From Candidatus Magasanikiibacteriota bacterium (lineage in GTDB: Bacteria > Patescibacteriota > Patescibacteriia > Magasanikbacterales > UBA922), in contig DOYU01000013.1 of the NCBI GenBank assembly GCA_003518365.1, forward strand, positions 12,974 to 71,148: DNA of 58,175 nt. Reading direction: 5' to 3'. The notes under the pieces were generated by a model. That model was given only the letters and a program-made list of their open reading frames with translations, was not told the origin of the DNA and made no database searches. This document shows positions 26,026-35,422 of this stretch, piece by piece (position 1 is the first letter of the stretch; every line of letters starts with the position of its first letter). The position numbers were made by a program, and so were the translations under genes.

Positions 26026-27547
26026 ATAAATTATGTTGTCTCGTTATGAGTGTCGGCGCGAATAATAAATTTGAATTCTCTTGAACATGCCATCCAGAGC
26101 GGATAATCAATGACAGATACGGCGAGGATCTGATCACAAATTTCTCATCAAACATATTCGTTTGAAAAACCTTTGCAGCAGTATTATTTGCCAAAAAATA
26201 AATTTTTCCATCCACATAGCTGAGATAATACTTTCCATTTTCTCTATTTTTGATAATTTGTCCCCCTGGATAATTATACACATCTTTAGCAACATCAGTT
26301 TGATGTCCAGTGCTGATATAGTCATCAAGAATTTGTTTGAGATCACCAACACCATTATCGTCTGTATCACTATCAAGAGGACTCGTAAACCACACTCCAA
26401 CCTCTTCAAAGTCACTCAACCCATCACCATCTGTATCGGGTAAAGAATCCTTGGTTCCATACAATACTTCTGTTTCTTTATCAAGTCCGTCGCCATCCAT
26501 ATCAATAACGCCATGTTCAGAATCATGAATGCCTCTATCATAGGTGGTATACACCCCACTTTCCAAATCACTGAGTGTAATAAGACGCTTTTTCCAATCT
26601 TTTCCATACAACAAATAGGCTTCAACTTCTGATCGTAATGGAAACAATCTACATCCAGACTCAGCAGCATACAATTGAGGAAAATTCTGAAATTGAATCA
26701 GCCACGTGCCTCCCCGCATACAGACAGGCTTCCCTACTTGGTATTGTTGTAATGAAACGGCACTCACCGTATGGATATCAACATCTCGAAAATCAGCAAA
26801 CCAGGAATGAAATACTGATGCATGCAAATACGGATGAATTTTGCCATCAAGGCCAAGATAATAGATCGCCGATGTTGACGAACGAAGTAATGTTCCCCCA
26901 GGCAATTTTCCTGGAAGTTCATTATAAAGAATAGAATCATTCACTGTTTTGTAATTGCCATTAGCATCCATGAATTGCACATATACGGTCTTTCTCCCAG
27001 ATCCTCCTCCGAGCGTCCACTGAATGGTATCAGTCAGTTGAAATGTCTCAAACACACCAAAATTACTATCATTACTCACAAATATTTGTTCGACTCCTGG
27101 AGAATACTCAATATGCAATGTGACGATTCGTGACGTAGTGGTGGTAGCATCCATGTTGATATCCACACTCGCCCCGATATTACTCTGAACGTTTAACACA
27201 ATAGCATCTGTGTATGATTGAGTTACAGAACCATCTTTGAGACGGAACCTTACATACACCACTTTATTTCCTCTTCCTAACGTAAGTACCCAACCTTTTA
27301 CCTTTCTGTATGCGACCCACAGAGCATCGTCAAATTCAGAATCATTGGAAATTTGCATTTCCTTTGTGCCAGCTGGGGCGTCAATAGTCAACACAACTTC
27401 TCTTTGTGGTGTCGAAGGGGCCGCACTATTTATCTCCACAGACGGTGATACCGCAAATACCGTATGAACAAAAAAAACCATACTGAATATGCATAGAAAT
27501 GCAACCATGACAGAGACAATACCTTGCTTTTTTTGCTGTATATACAT
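26015..27547 (-). CDS. secreted repeat protein with thrombospondin type-3-like Ca-binding repeats
   Basis: The ORF track gives 26015..27595. The start at M17 (27547) is preferred because it leaves a divergent promoter region. Two tandem ~95-aa modules are present (SNDSEF..KVVYVRF and SNDSNF..KTVYVQF), plus DMDGDGLD, DTDGDGLSDFEE and DSDTDDNGVGD. Confidence 0.7.
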   Translation of the reverse strand: MYIQQKKQGIVSVMVAFLCIFSMVFFVHTVFAVSPSVEINSAAPSTPQREVVLTIDAPAGTKEMQISNDSEFDDALWVAYRKVKGWVLTLGRGNKVVYVRFRLKDGSVTQSYTDAIVLNVQSNIGASVDINMDATTTTSRIVTLHIEYSPGVEQIFVSNDSNFGVFETFQLTDTIQWTLGGGSGRKTVYVQFMDANGNYKTVNDSILYNELPGKLPGGTLLRSSTSAIYYLGLDGKIHPYLHASVFHSWFADFRDVDIHTVSAVSLQQYQVGKPVCMRGGTWLIQFQNFPQLYAAESGCRLFPLRSEVEAYLLYGKDWKKRLITLSDLESGVYTTYDRGIHDSEHGVIDMDGDGLDKETEVLYGTKDSLPDTDGDGLSDFEEVGVWFTSPLDSDTDDNGVGDLKQILDDYISTGHQTDVAKDVYNYPGGQIIKNRENGKYYLSYVDGKIYFLANNTAAKVFQTNMFDEKFVIRSSPYLSLIIRSGWHVQENSNLLFAPTLITRQHNLYAL

Positions 27548-27609
27548 ATACTGAGCTTTAGACAATAGTATACTATATCTCCTATCTACAAGCAATTAAG
27601 ACCATACGT

Positions 27610-29001
27610 ATGCATGCAATTTATCGTACCAAACAACTCATATTGCTCTTAGGCGACATGCTTTTTTTGTTTATTGGTATCATGGGTGCCTTCTATATCA
27701 GACGCAAAGGAACCCCCACATTAGATGAAATATCAACAGGTCTTTTTTGGTTTAGTATTCTTATCGTCCTATGGATGGTCGTGCACTATATCAATGGCAT
27801 GTACAATATCGCCAAACATCGAAGAAAAACCGATGTCTACGTCACCATCATTCAATCTGCTGTCATCAATACACTTGTAGGTGTTCTCTTTTTTTATACA
27901 ATTCCCCCTGATTTTTTTAACCCAAAAACAATTTTACTCTTGAGCATACTGCTCGGATATTCACTCTTATTCTTCTGGCATCTTTTATTCTCAAATCTTT
28001 TTGCAAACAAACGATTTAACGCACGATTGCTCTTCATCGGGGATACTCCAGAGATGCATGAACTCGCAGAGCATATGTATGCACATCCAGAACGGGGCTA
28101 TTCTCTGGTCGCCTGGATATCTCCTCATAAACAGCTACAGAAAGAAGCATTTCCTCACACAACCTTTTATGAATCATCAAAGGCGATACGTCCTTCAGTA
28201 TCTGTACATGAAATAGACACCGTCGTGATTGCACCACAAGTAAAGGGAGACGACATCATATTGCGAGAATTGTACGAGCTCCTTTTTTGGCGGACTCGCA
28301 TTATCAGTATGACATCGTTGTATGAAATATTAACAGGCAGAATTCCTCCTCATACATTTTCTGAAAGCTGGTTTTTGGATCATCTCCAGCATGCATCTCA
28401 GCCAATATATGAGCACCTTCGTCGCATCATCGACATTATCATTGGCATCTGTCTTTTGCTTCTTTGTATAGCCCTATACCCCGTCCTTGCACTGCTTATC
28501 AGAATTGGCTCTCCAGGACCGATCATTTTTCATCAGGAACGTGTCGGGACAGGTGGATGCACTTTTCTCTTGTACAAATTTCGATCCATGTATGCACTTG
28601 CAGCAGATGGAAGTGCTGAAACAAAAGGAGTTGAATTCGCGCAAAAAAATGACAAACGTGTGACTGCTATAGGAAAATTTTTACGGAAGTCACGACTCGA
28701 TGAACTTCCACAAGCAATAAATTTGCTAAAAGGTGACATTAGTCTTATCGGACCACGACCAGAACGCCCTGAAATTGTAAGACAACTCGAGGACGTCATG
28801 CCATACTATCCAGTGCGCCATATTATCAAACCAGGCATAACAGGATGGGCCCAAATAAATCAACATTATACTGATACGATCGAACAATCACTCCAAAAAC
28901 TTCAATATGATCTGTACTATATAAAAAATAGATCGCTGCTCCTCGATCTATCGATTCTCCTGAAGACAGTGAATGTTGTGCTGCGAGGGATGGGACAGTA
29001 A
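27610..29001 (+). CDS. polyprenyl-phosphate glycosyl-1-phosphate (priming) transferase, WbaP/WsaP-type
   Basis: 463 aa with N-terminal TM segments and the C-terminal sugar-transferase domain PGPIIFHQERVG..YKFRSM..DELPQ..GDISLIGPRPERP. Confidence 0.88.
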   Translation: MHAIYRTKQLILLLGDMLFLFIGIMGAFYIRRKGTPTLDEISTGLFWFSILIVLWMVVHYINGMYNIAKHRRKTDVYVTIIQSAVINTLVGVLFFYTIPPDFFNPKTILLLSILLGYSLLFFWHLLFSNLFANKRFNARLLFIGDTPEMHELAEHMYAHPERGYSLVAWISPHKQLQKEAFPHTTFYESSKAIRPSVSVHEIDTVVIAPQVKGDDIILRELYELLFWRTRIISMTSLYEILTGRIPPHTFSESWFLDHLQHASQPIYEHLRRIIDIIIGICLLLLCIALYPVLALLIRIGSPGPIIFHQERVGTGGCTFLLYKFRSMYALAADGSAETKGVEFAQKNDKRVTAIGKFLRKSRLDELPQAINLLKGDISLIGPRPERPEIVRQLEDVMPYYPVRHIIKPGITGWAQINQHYTDTIEQSLQKLQYDLYYIKNRSLLLDLSILLKTVNVVLRGMGQ

Positions 29002-29019
29002 CACTGATACAACATACAT

Positions 29020-29061
29020 GGAAAAGAAAATACAAGGCTCTACCCTTGTATTTTCTTTTCC
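29020..29061. terminator. bidirectional terminator between convergent genes (18-bp stem)
   Basis: ggaaaagaaaatacaagg / ccttgtattttcttttcc. Confidence 0.65.
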
Positions 29062-29068
29062 AGACGAT

Positions 29069-29977
29069 CTAAAGTGTTTTAAGTTCTGCGATTCCCCGCT
29101 CTAGTTCAATAGTAGGCTCCCATCCAAGGAGTTCTTTTGCTTTTGCGATGTTTGCTTGCGTAAATCTCACATCTCCGGGGCGTGTATCAATATTCACAAA
29201 ATCACCGCCAATCAATGCTACAATATCATTGACTGAATGTGGGTTGTCATTCCCAATGTTGATTGTTTCTCCTTTTCCGACAGTGTCAGCAGTCATCGCA
29301 AGAATATTCGCACGAACAACATCGTCGACATGTGTATAATCACGATAATATTCACCATCACCGCACACAGTCATTGCTTCACCTTTTTTTACCTGCTCTA
29401 AAAACTTTGCGATCACAAGAGCATAGGCACCATGTGGATCAGCGTATGGACCATACACATTGAAATAAATCAAAGAAACCGTTTCTAGCTGGTATAATGA
29501 TGAAAAAATACGCGCATAGTGTTCTCCGATGAGTTTATGAAGCGCATATGGTGCAAGAGGCATTTTGACAGCACCGTCTTCTTTTACAGGATACATCTCT
29601 TTTGGCAAATCACCATAGGTGGAGGAGGAGGATGAAAACACAACCCGTTTGACACCAGCATCTCGTGCAGCAAGGAAGACGTTGAGTGTGCCGTTGACAT
29701 TCACGTCATGTGTTTCTTGTGGATGCTCTACAGAATATGTGACACGAGGGAGTGCTGCCATGTGAAATACGCCATCGACACCTTTCATAACGCGCAAAAG
29801 CATATCCATATCACGGATATCCCCTTCCACATACTCAGCTCCATCTTGGAGCCGTTCTTCTTTCTTTCCGCCGGCATAGTTATCAATGACACGAACGCTA
29901 TGACCGTCTGCGAGAAGTTGTTTTGTGAGATTCGTACCGATGAAGCCTGCGCCTCCTGTGATGAGATAGGTAGCCAT
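29069..29977 (-). CDS. NAD-dependent sugar-nucleotide 4-epimerase (TviC/WbpP-like)
   Basis: 302 aa with ITGGAGFIGTNL, SSSSTYG and YALHK (YxxxK). Confidence 0.8.
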   Translation of the reverse strand: MATYLITGGAGFIGTNLTKQLLADGHSVRVIDNYAGGKKEERLQDGAEYVEGDIRDMDMLLRVMKGVDGVFHMAALPRVTYSVEHPQETHDVNVNGTLNVFLAARDAGVKRVVFSSSSSTYGDLPKEMYPVKEDGAVKMPLAPYALHKLIGEHYARIFSSLYQLETVSLIYFNVYGPYADPHGAYALVIAKFLEQVKKGEAMTVCGDGEYYRDYTHVDDVVRANILAMTADTVGKGETINIGNDNPHSVNDIVALIGGDFVNIDTRPGDVRFTQANIAKAKELLGWEPTIELERGIAELKTL

Positions 29978-29983
29978 AATGTA

Positions 29984-31264
29984 CTATAATGTCCAGTAAG
30001 TTAATCCTTGTGTTTCAACTTTTTCCTTATCAAATACATGCTTTATGTCAGCAAAGAGAGCATGTTCATGTGTCATATTGACGAATTCCTGCATATCCAT
30101 ATTCATATACGCATCATGAGGAACTGCTACTATCACTGTATCAACTTTTGAAATTTCATTCAAATGAGAAAGAGAAATACCATATTCATGTTCCACGTCA
30201 ACGGTGTTTGCGAGAGGATCATGTAAAAATACATGGATACCAAAATCTTGTAATTCTTTATACAATGCGATATTTTTTGAATTTCTAATATCTGGAATAT
30301 TCTCTTTAAAGGTAGCCCCAAGAATTAATATCGACGCACTACTCACATCTTTTCCTTGTTGCACCATTTTTTTTATGATTTCATGAGCAACAAATTTATG
30401 CATACTATCATTTTGTCCTCTGCCGGCCAGAATTACTTCAGGTCGGTGTCCCACCTCAGTTGCTTTGTACGTGAGGTAATATGGATCGACACCAATACAG
30501 TGACCGCCGACGAGTCCAGGTTTGAATGGCAAAAAATTCCACTTTGTGCCGGCGGCACTCAAGACATCATATATACTTATACCCATTTTCGAAAAAAGAA
30601 TGGCAAGCTCATTCATGAGGGCTATATTTAAATCTCTCTGTGTATTTTCAATTACTTTCGCAGCCTCTGCTACTTGTATAGATGCAGCTATAAACGTCTG
30701 TGTGATAGCTCCATAGATACTGGCTATCAATTCTACCGTGTGTGCATCAGTACCAGATACAACTTTTGTGATTTTATCAATCGTATGTTCTTTATCTCCT
30801 GGATTTACCCTCTCTGGTGAATATCCTACAAAAAAATCTTCCCCATACACATATCCTGATGTAGATGCCAATAAAGGAACACAAATTTCCTCTGTCACTC
30901 CAGGATAGACAGTAGATTCATACACGACCACACTCCCTTTTTGAAGATATGTTCCTACGAGAGACGAAGCTTTTTTTACAATCGTTAAATCCGGAATATT
31001 ATTCCCATCGACAGGAGTCGGTACAGCCACGATGATAAAGGATGCATCTTTTATACGTGCAGGATCTGAGGTATATTCAATAGAAGCTTGCGCTAACTGA
31101 ATATCATCAACTTCCTTTGTCACATCTGTCCCAGATACCAATTGCTCAACACGATGTTCATTGATATCAAATCCAATAACCTGAAATTTCTTTGACAATA
31201 GCACGGCAAGAGGAAGCCCCACATAGCCAAGACCCACAACACAGATCTTTCTCTGTCCATTCAT
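29984..31264 (-). CDS. nucleotide-sugar 6-dehydrogenase (UDP-N-acetylhexosamine dehydrogenase, TviB/WbpO/WecC-like)
   Basis: The ORF track start is 31303. M14 (31264) gives MNGQRKICVVGLGYVGLPLA. The catalytic region reads GGHCIGVDPYYL. Confidence 0.8.
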   Translation of the reverse strand: MNGQRKICVVGLGYVGLPLAVLLSKKFQVIGFDINEHRVEQLVSGTDVTKEVDDIQLAQASIEYTSDPARIKDASFIIVAVPTPVDGNNIPDLTIVKKASSLVGTYLQKGSVVVYESTVYPGVTEEICVPLLASTSGYVYGEDFFVGYSPERVNPGDKEHTIDKITKVVSGTDAHTVELIASIYGAITQTFIAASIQVAEAAKVIENTQRDLNIALMNELAILFSKMGISIYDVLSAAGTKWNFLPFKPGLVGGHCIGVDPYYLTYKATEVGHRPEVILAGRGQNDSMHKFVAHEIIKKMVQQGKDVSSASILILGATFKENIPDIRNSKNIALYKELQDFGIHVFLHDPLANTVDVEHEYGISLSHLNEISKVDTVIVAVPHDAYMNMDMQEFVNMTHEHALFADIKHVFDKEKVETQGLTYWTL

Positions 31265-31314
31265 GAATTCTTCCTGTGTAGATGTACGCATACGTATGTT
31301 CAAAACAACTCGAT

Positions 31315-32694
31315 TTAAGACAAAAACGGACTTCCTACAGCAATAATACCAAAACCAGCTTCTTGCAAATCATGATATCGATGCTGGAGCATTCGTCGAC
31401 CATCCATCACCAACGGCTTTTTCTTTAATTCTCCGATCATCACATCTGCCAGTCCTCGAAATTGCGGCCAATCAGTCGCAAGAATCACGACATCAGCATC
31501 TTTGATAGCATCGAATTCATGTGAAGTATATCGTATCGTCGCTGATGCGGGAAACAATTCTTGGAACATCGGCAATGCAGAAGGATCATAGATTGCAATT
31601 TCCTCCACATTACGTTCTTGGCAAAAATGTGCGATGTCAATACTTGGCGTATTGCGTATATCGTTTGTATCACGCTTAAATGCTGTGCCAAGAAGTGCAA
31701 CCTTCTTCCCTTGCCATACAAAACCTGCTTCTCTTTCTGCTCGTGCCAAAAAAGTTTCAAGTTGCCTTCTATTTGCCGTATATGTTTCATTCACCAAGGT
31801 TGCTTCTTTTCCATTTGTCTGGAGCTGGTATGAAAGCGAACGAGCGTCTTTGATAAGGCAACTCCCTCCTGCGTATAAACTATCATAAAACCCCCATCCA
31901 CCAATTCGGGCATCGGACGCCACGATCTTACGAATGGATTCAAACTGGATATCAGAAAACGTTTCTGCCGTGCGACCAATAACATCAAAACACACGGCCA
32001 ATTTTGCAAACAGATAATAATTTGCAAGCAATTTTCCAGCAGCAGCTTCTTTTGGATTGACTTCTAAATATTTTACATCAGGAGCGTCATAAAATCGTTG
32101 ATACACATTCCGCATCACAGCAAAATCTTCTGGAGTCCAGGCGCCGACAACAATGCGATCAGGCTTCATAGCACCCTGAATAGCTTTTCCCTCTACAAGA
32201 AATTCTGGATTGGACACAACTCCATAGGCTTTTACGCCATGTCCATCCATTATATGTGCTGTCTGATCTACCATATCAATGGGAACCGTACTTTTGTTCA
32301 CGATAACGATACGTTTTTCTTGCGTTCCATTGTTTCTTTTGGTCAGAGCAACCGCCAATTCATTGGCAGCAGCTTTATAAAAAGACAAATCACTCTCACC
32401 ACTTTCCCCTACTTCTGGTGTAGGCAGACACATGAATACTGCGTCGCACGTATCAAGAAAATGTTCTACCTCAGTATATTGCGTCGTAAATGAGATGCGA
32501 TCAGCATGGCGTACGAGCATATCACCAAGTCCCTTCTCATAAAGGCATGACTCTATGGTGTCTCGGTCTCCACTCCCAAGTTTTTCTATTTTTTTTGCAT
32601 CAATATCATAGACAAGGACGTTATGTCCACTGTCTGCTGAAATAGCAGCTGAGCACGTCCCTACGAAACCAGCGCCGATGTAGAGGATATTCAT
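31315..32694 (-). CDS. ugd: UDP-glucose 6-dehydrogenase
   Basis: 459 aa with MNILYIGAGFVGTCSA and YAGGSCLIKD. Confidence 0.85.
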   Translation of the reverse strand: MNILYIGAGFVGTCSAAISADSGHNVLVYDIDAKKIEKLGSGDRDTIESCLYEKGLGDMLVRHADRISFTTQYTEVEHFLDTCDAVFMCLPTPEVGESGESDLSFYKAAANELAVALTKRNNGTQEKRIVIVNKSTVPIDMVDQTAHIMDGHGVKAYGVVSNPEFLVEGKAIQGAMKPDRIVVGAWTPEDFAVMRNVYQRFYDAPDVKYLEVNPKEAAAGKLLANYYLFAKLAVCFDVIGRTAETFSDIQFESIRKIVASDARIGGWGFYDSLYAGGSCLIKDARSLSYQLQTNGKEATLVNETYTANRRQLETFLARAEREAGFVWQGKKVALLGTAFKRDTNDIRNTPSIDIAHFCQERNVEEIAIYDPSALPMFQELFPASATIRYTSHEFDAIKDADVVILATDWPQFRGLADVMIGELKKKPLVMDGRRMLQHRYHDLQEAGFGIIAVGSPFLS

Positions 32695-32777
32695 AGATCT
32701 ACTTTTTTAATAGTCATCTTATACTAGCAAAGAAATAAAAGAATTTCAAGTATGTTGCCGGTGTCCGATCAAAGCAC

Positions 32778-33605
32778 TCAAGCTTCTTTTTTCTTTTCAA
32801 GACGGAAAACCAAAAGAACAATATGTCCACAACAAAAGCGCAATACCAATTCAAGCCCCTTCCTACACACCTTTGCGATAATATGCTTTGAACCATAGAG
32901 CAGTTGCAATGGACCTCGCAGAAAAGCGACTTCGTCTTTTAGGCCTTTCACAGCATCAAACGGGTATGCTTTCTCGAGTACAAATCCTTTTGCGCAGAGA
33001 TCATCAATAACCTGTTGTTTTGGTAAGGCAAATTGATAAAAATCATCAGGTTCTTCTGAAAAATGTCGATATTCATACTTTTTCAGGCGAGCTTTCATCT
33101 TACGCAACGGAGACATGTATGGAAATGTTACAAACAAATATCCTCCATCTTGTATAACTCGCGCCATCTCGTTTACAATGGGTGTATAGCCATAAAAAAA
33201 ATGTTCAATAACACCAAAAGACCAATACCCTTTGAACGCATTATCTTCAAAAGGTAAGGAACGGACGTCTCCTACTACCAATGGCAAATCGGGATACCAT
33301 TTTTTTACTTCTGCAATAGTTTGCTCAGCATAATCCACGCCAACGGGGTCATACCCCCAGCGACGAAGGGCATATACATATTGACCTCTTCCACATCCAC
33401 CTTCTAAGATCTTATCACTCTTTTCCAGATATGCATCTGTAAATTTTTTTACGTAACTAAAATCATGTACTGACGTCACCACTTCTTTTATACCAATCTC
33501 ATTCCAATGCGCATCCCAATACTCCTCTGTGGCATGATGTCCTAAAAACACGACAGACTTTTTTGTTGGATCGTAAAATAATGTACTCATATAGTATATA
33601 CACAC
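32778..33605 (-). CDS. class I SAM-dependent methyltransferase
   Basis: 275 aa with ILEGGCGRGQYVYAL and a typical post-I acidic residue. Confidence 0.75.
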   Translation of the reverse strand: MCIYYMSTLFYDPTKKSVVFLGHHATEEYWDAHWNEIGIKEVVTSVHDFSYVKKFTDAYLEKSDKILEGGCGRGQYVYALRRWGYDPVGVDYAEQTIAEVKKWYPDLPLVVGDVRSLPFEDNAFKGYWSFGVIEHFFYGYTPIVNEMARVIQDGGYLFVTFPYMSPLRKMKARLKKYEYRHFSEEPDDFYQFALPKQQVIDDLCAKGFVLEKAYPFDAVKGLKDEVAFLRGPLQLLYGSKHIIAKVCRKGLELVLRFCCGHIVLLVFRLEKKKEA

Positions 33606-33609
33606 TCAT

Positions 33610-33733
33610 CACTTCCAAGTTTTTCTATTTTTGTTTTATCAAAATTGTACACAATTGTTTTGTGTCCGTTATCTAAAAAAATAACTGCCGCGCACGTCCC
33701 CACGATCCAAGCACCAGTATACGGAATATTCAT
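33610..33733 (-). pseudogene. diverged 5' stub of ugd (about 41 codons) with a copy of the ugd upstream region
   Basis: Translates to MNIPYTGAWIVGTCAAVIFLDNGHKTIVYNFDKTKIEKLGS, against the Ugd N-terminus MNILYIGAGFVGTCSAAISADSGHNVLVYDIDAKKIEKLGS. The ~60 nt upstream (33734-33790) also resemble 32695-32752. Confidence 0.6.
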
Positions 33734-33785
33734 AGATATACTCTTTTTAAGAGTCCTACTAGACTAGCAAAAAGACGAAAGAAGT

Positions 33786-34601
33786 TCAAGGAAGCTTTTC
33801 CCCTTGTATAATTACTACATAAAGAGGAGAGCATACTGGTAATACTCTGTCTAGCTTGCTGCAATATTTAATACATGTTGCATAAAAATGAGAATCTCTC
33901 AATGTGTCTTTTCTAAAGAAAAAAACAGGAATCGTAATCAAAAAAAGATGAGCTAAGAAAGAAAAAACTCCACCTAATCTATATACGGTGTATGGTTGCC
34001 CTGAAAATAACCCTTTTATACGTTTAGGGGTATATTGTCTAAATCCATGCCACAGATATAAAAACAGTGACCAAAATGATGGGACGATATGAATTTGAAC
34101 TGTATGAGTATCCCTTATCCATCCACGACACTTTTCTACTGTCAACGTATCATCATCAATATGCTCTAATGATGTATTAGAACAGATGACATCAAAGGTA
34201 TCTGTGGTTTCCCATTTTTCTATAGGAGACTCTACAAATGACGTTTGGAAAGCACCATGTGAGGTGATATCAAATTTTGGATGTTTTTCAATATCCACAC
34301 CGGTATAGGTTCCTGTATATCCGAGTACTTCAAAGACATCGCGAAGATATCCTGATCCACATCCAATATCCAACATATGAATTTCCTTTTGGTGCACAAA
34401 TGTGGGTATCTGAGATAAAAGAAATTCATCAAGATATAATCGACCAGGAGATCGACCAGACACATCAGATATATGTTTTGGTGCCCAATACGTTGATGTT
34501 ACAGAGGTCCACATACCGCCTATTCCCCTCATAAGATTATAGAACAAATACCAGATACCTTTAGGGACGCTAAGTCCATTGTCTGCTGAAAATTCTTTCA
34601 T
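33786..34601 (-). CDS. class I SAM-dependent methyltransferase with a hydrophobic C-terminus
   Basis: 271 aa with MLDIGCGSGYLRDV. Confidence 0.75.
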   Translation of the reverse strand: MKEFSADNGLSVPKGIWYLFYNLMRGIGGMWTSVTSTYWAPKHISDVSGRSPGRLYLDEFLLSQIPTFVHQKEIHMLDIGCGSGYLRDVFEVLGYTGTYTGVDIEKHPKFDITSHGAFQTSFVESPIEKWETTDTFDVICSNTSLEHIDDDTLTVEKCRGWIRDTHTVQIHIVPSFWSLFLYLWHGFRQYTPKRIKGLFSGQPYTVYRLGGVFSFLAHLFLITIPVFFFRKDTLRDSHFYATCIKYCSKLDRVLPVCSPLYVVIIQGEKLP

Positions 34602-34621
34602 AGATTCTGATGCCGTTATAT

Positions 34622-35422
34622 CTAGCTATTTTTTGATTGCTTTGTCAATTTTTTAATGATAATTTCCTGATTCATCGTAATATTTTTTTTAAATCGTAAA
34701 TAATCCCATAGTTTGGCAAATCTACCAATCGCAGAGGTATGTGGGCGGTACAATCGATACCACACAATATCACTTTTTTTTATCAATAACTGATCAATAT
34801 CTTTTTCAGTAACAAAGTTTATAGTTTCAAAAAAAGGAGTCCACTTTCCAATGAATTTCATATAGAGTGTTCTCATTCTTTTTGGGAAAAAAGTAGGAAA
34901 AGGTATTTTATAATGCCGTTCATAGAGAAAGGCATAGTTTGGCGTATTTATATATATCTTTCCCCCTGGTTTTGTCACACGGATTATTTGTTCCAGACAC
35001 TGGTTAATATCATCGACATGCTCAATGACCGTAAAGCAATGAACAATGTCAAACATGTTGTCCTCAAAGGAAAGTGTTTCACACGGTTCTTGTTTAAATT
35101 TTTCCCTTGGAATATTTGCCTGATCACATTGTAGATGTATAATGGTCATCTCTTCTTCACAGGGTTCTATGCCATACACGTCTACACCAAATTCTTTTTC
35201 AAGTACTATAGCAAGTCCCCCAGTCCCAGCCCCAATGATACAATGGCGTTGATTTTGAAATGACACATCAAGCAACGCTTCCATTTCTTTCATTCGTGTT
35301 GATTCTAACTGATCTTCCTTCAATCTTTGCGCTGTTCTTTCTTGCCAGTCGGGAAGTTTGCAACTATCCCGATAATATTTCGTATAGTATGTCTTGATTT
35401 TGTCCTCTAGTATCTTATCCAT
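34622..35422 (-). CDS. class I SAM-dependent methyltransferase
   Basis: 266 aa with CIIGAGTGGLAIVLE and DIVHCFTVIEHV. Confidence 0.75.
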   Translation of the reverse strand: MDKILEDKIKTYYTKYYRDSCKLPDWQERTAQRLKEDQLESTRMKEMEALLDVSFQNQRHCIIGAGTGGLAIVLEKEFGVDVYGIEPCEEEMTIIHLQCDQANIPREKFKQEPCETLSFEDNMFDIVHCFTVIEHVDDINQCLEQIIRVTKPGGKIYINTPNYAFLYERHYKIPFPTFFPKRMRTLYMKFIGKWTPFFETINFVTEKDIDQLLIKKSDIVWYRLYRPHTSAIGRFAKLWDYLRFKKNITMNQEIIIKKLTKQSKNS

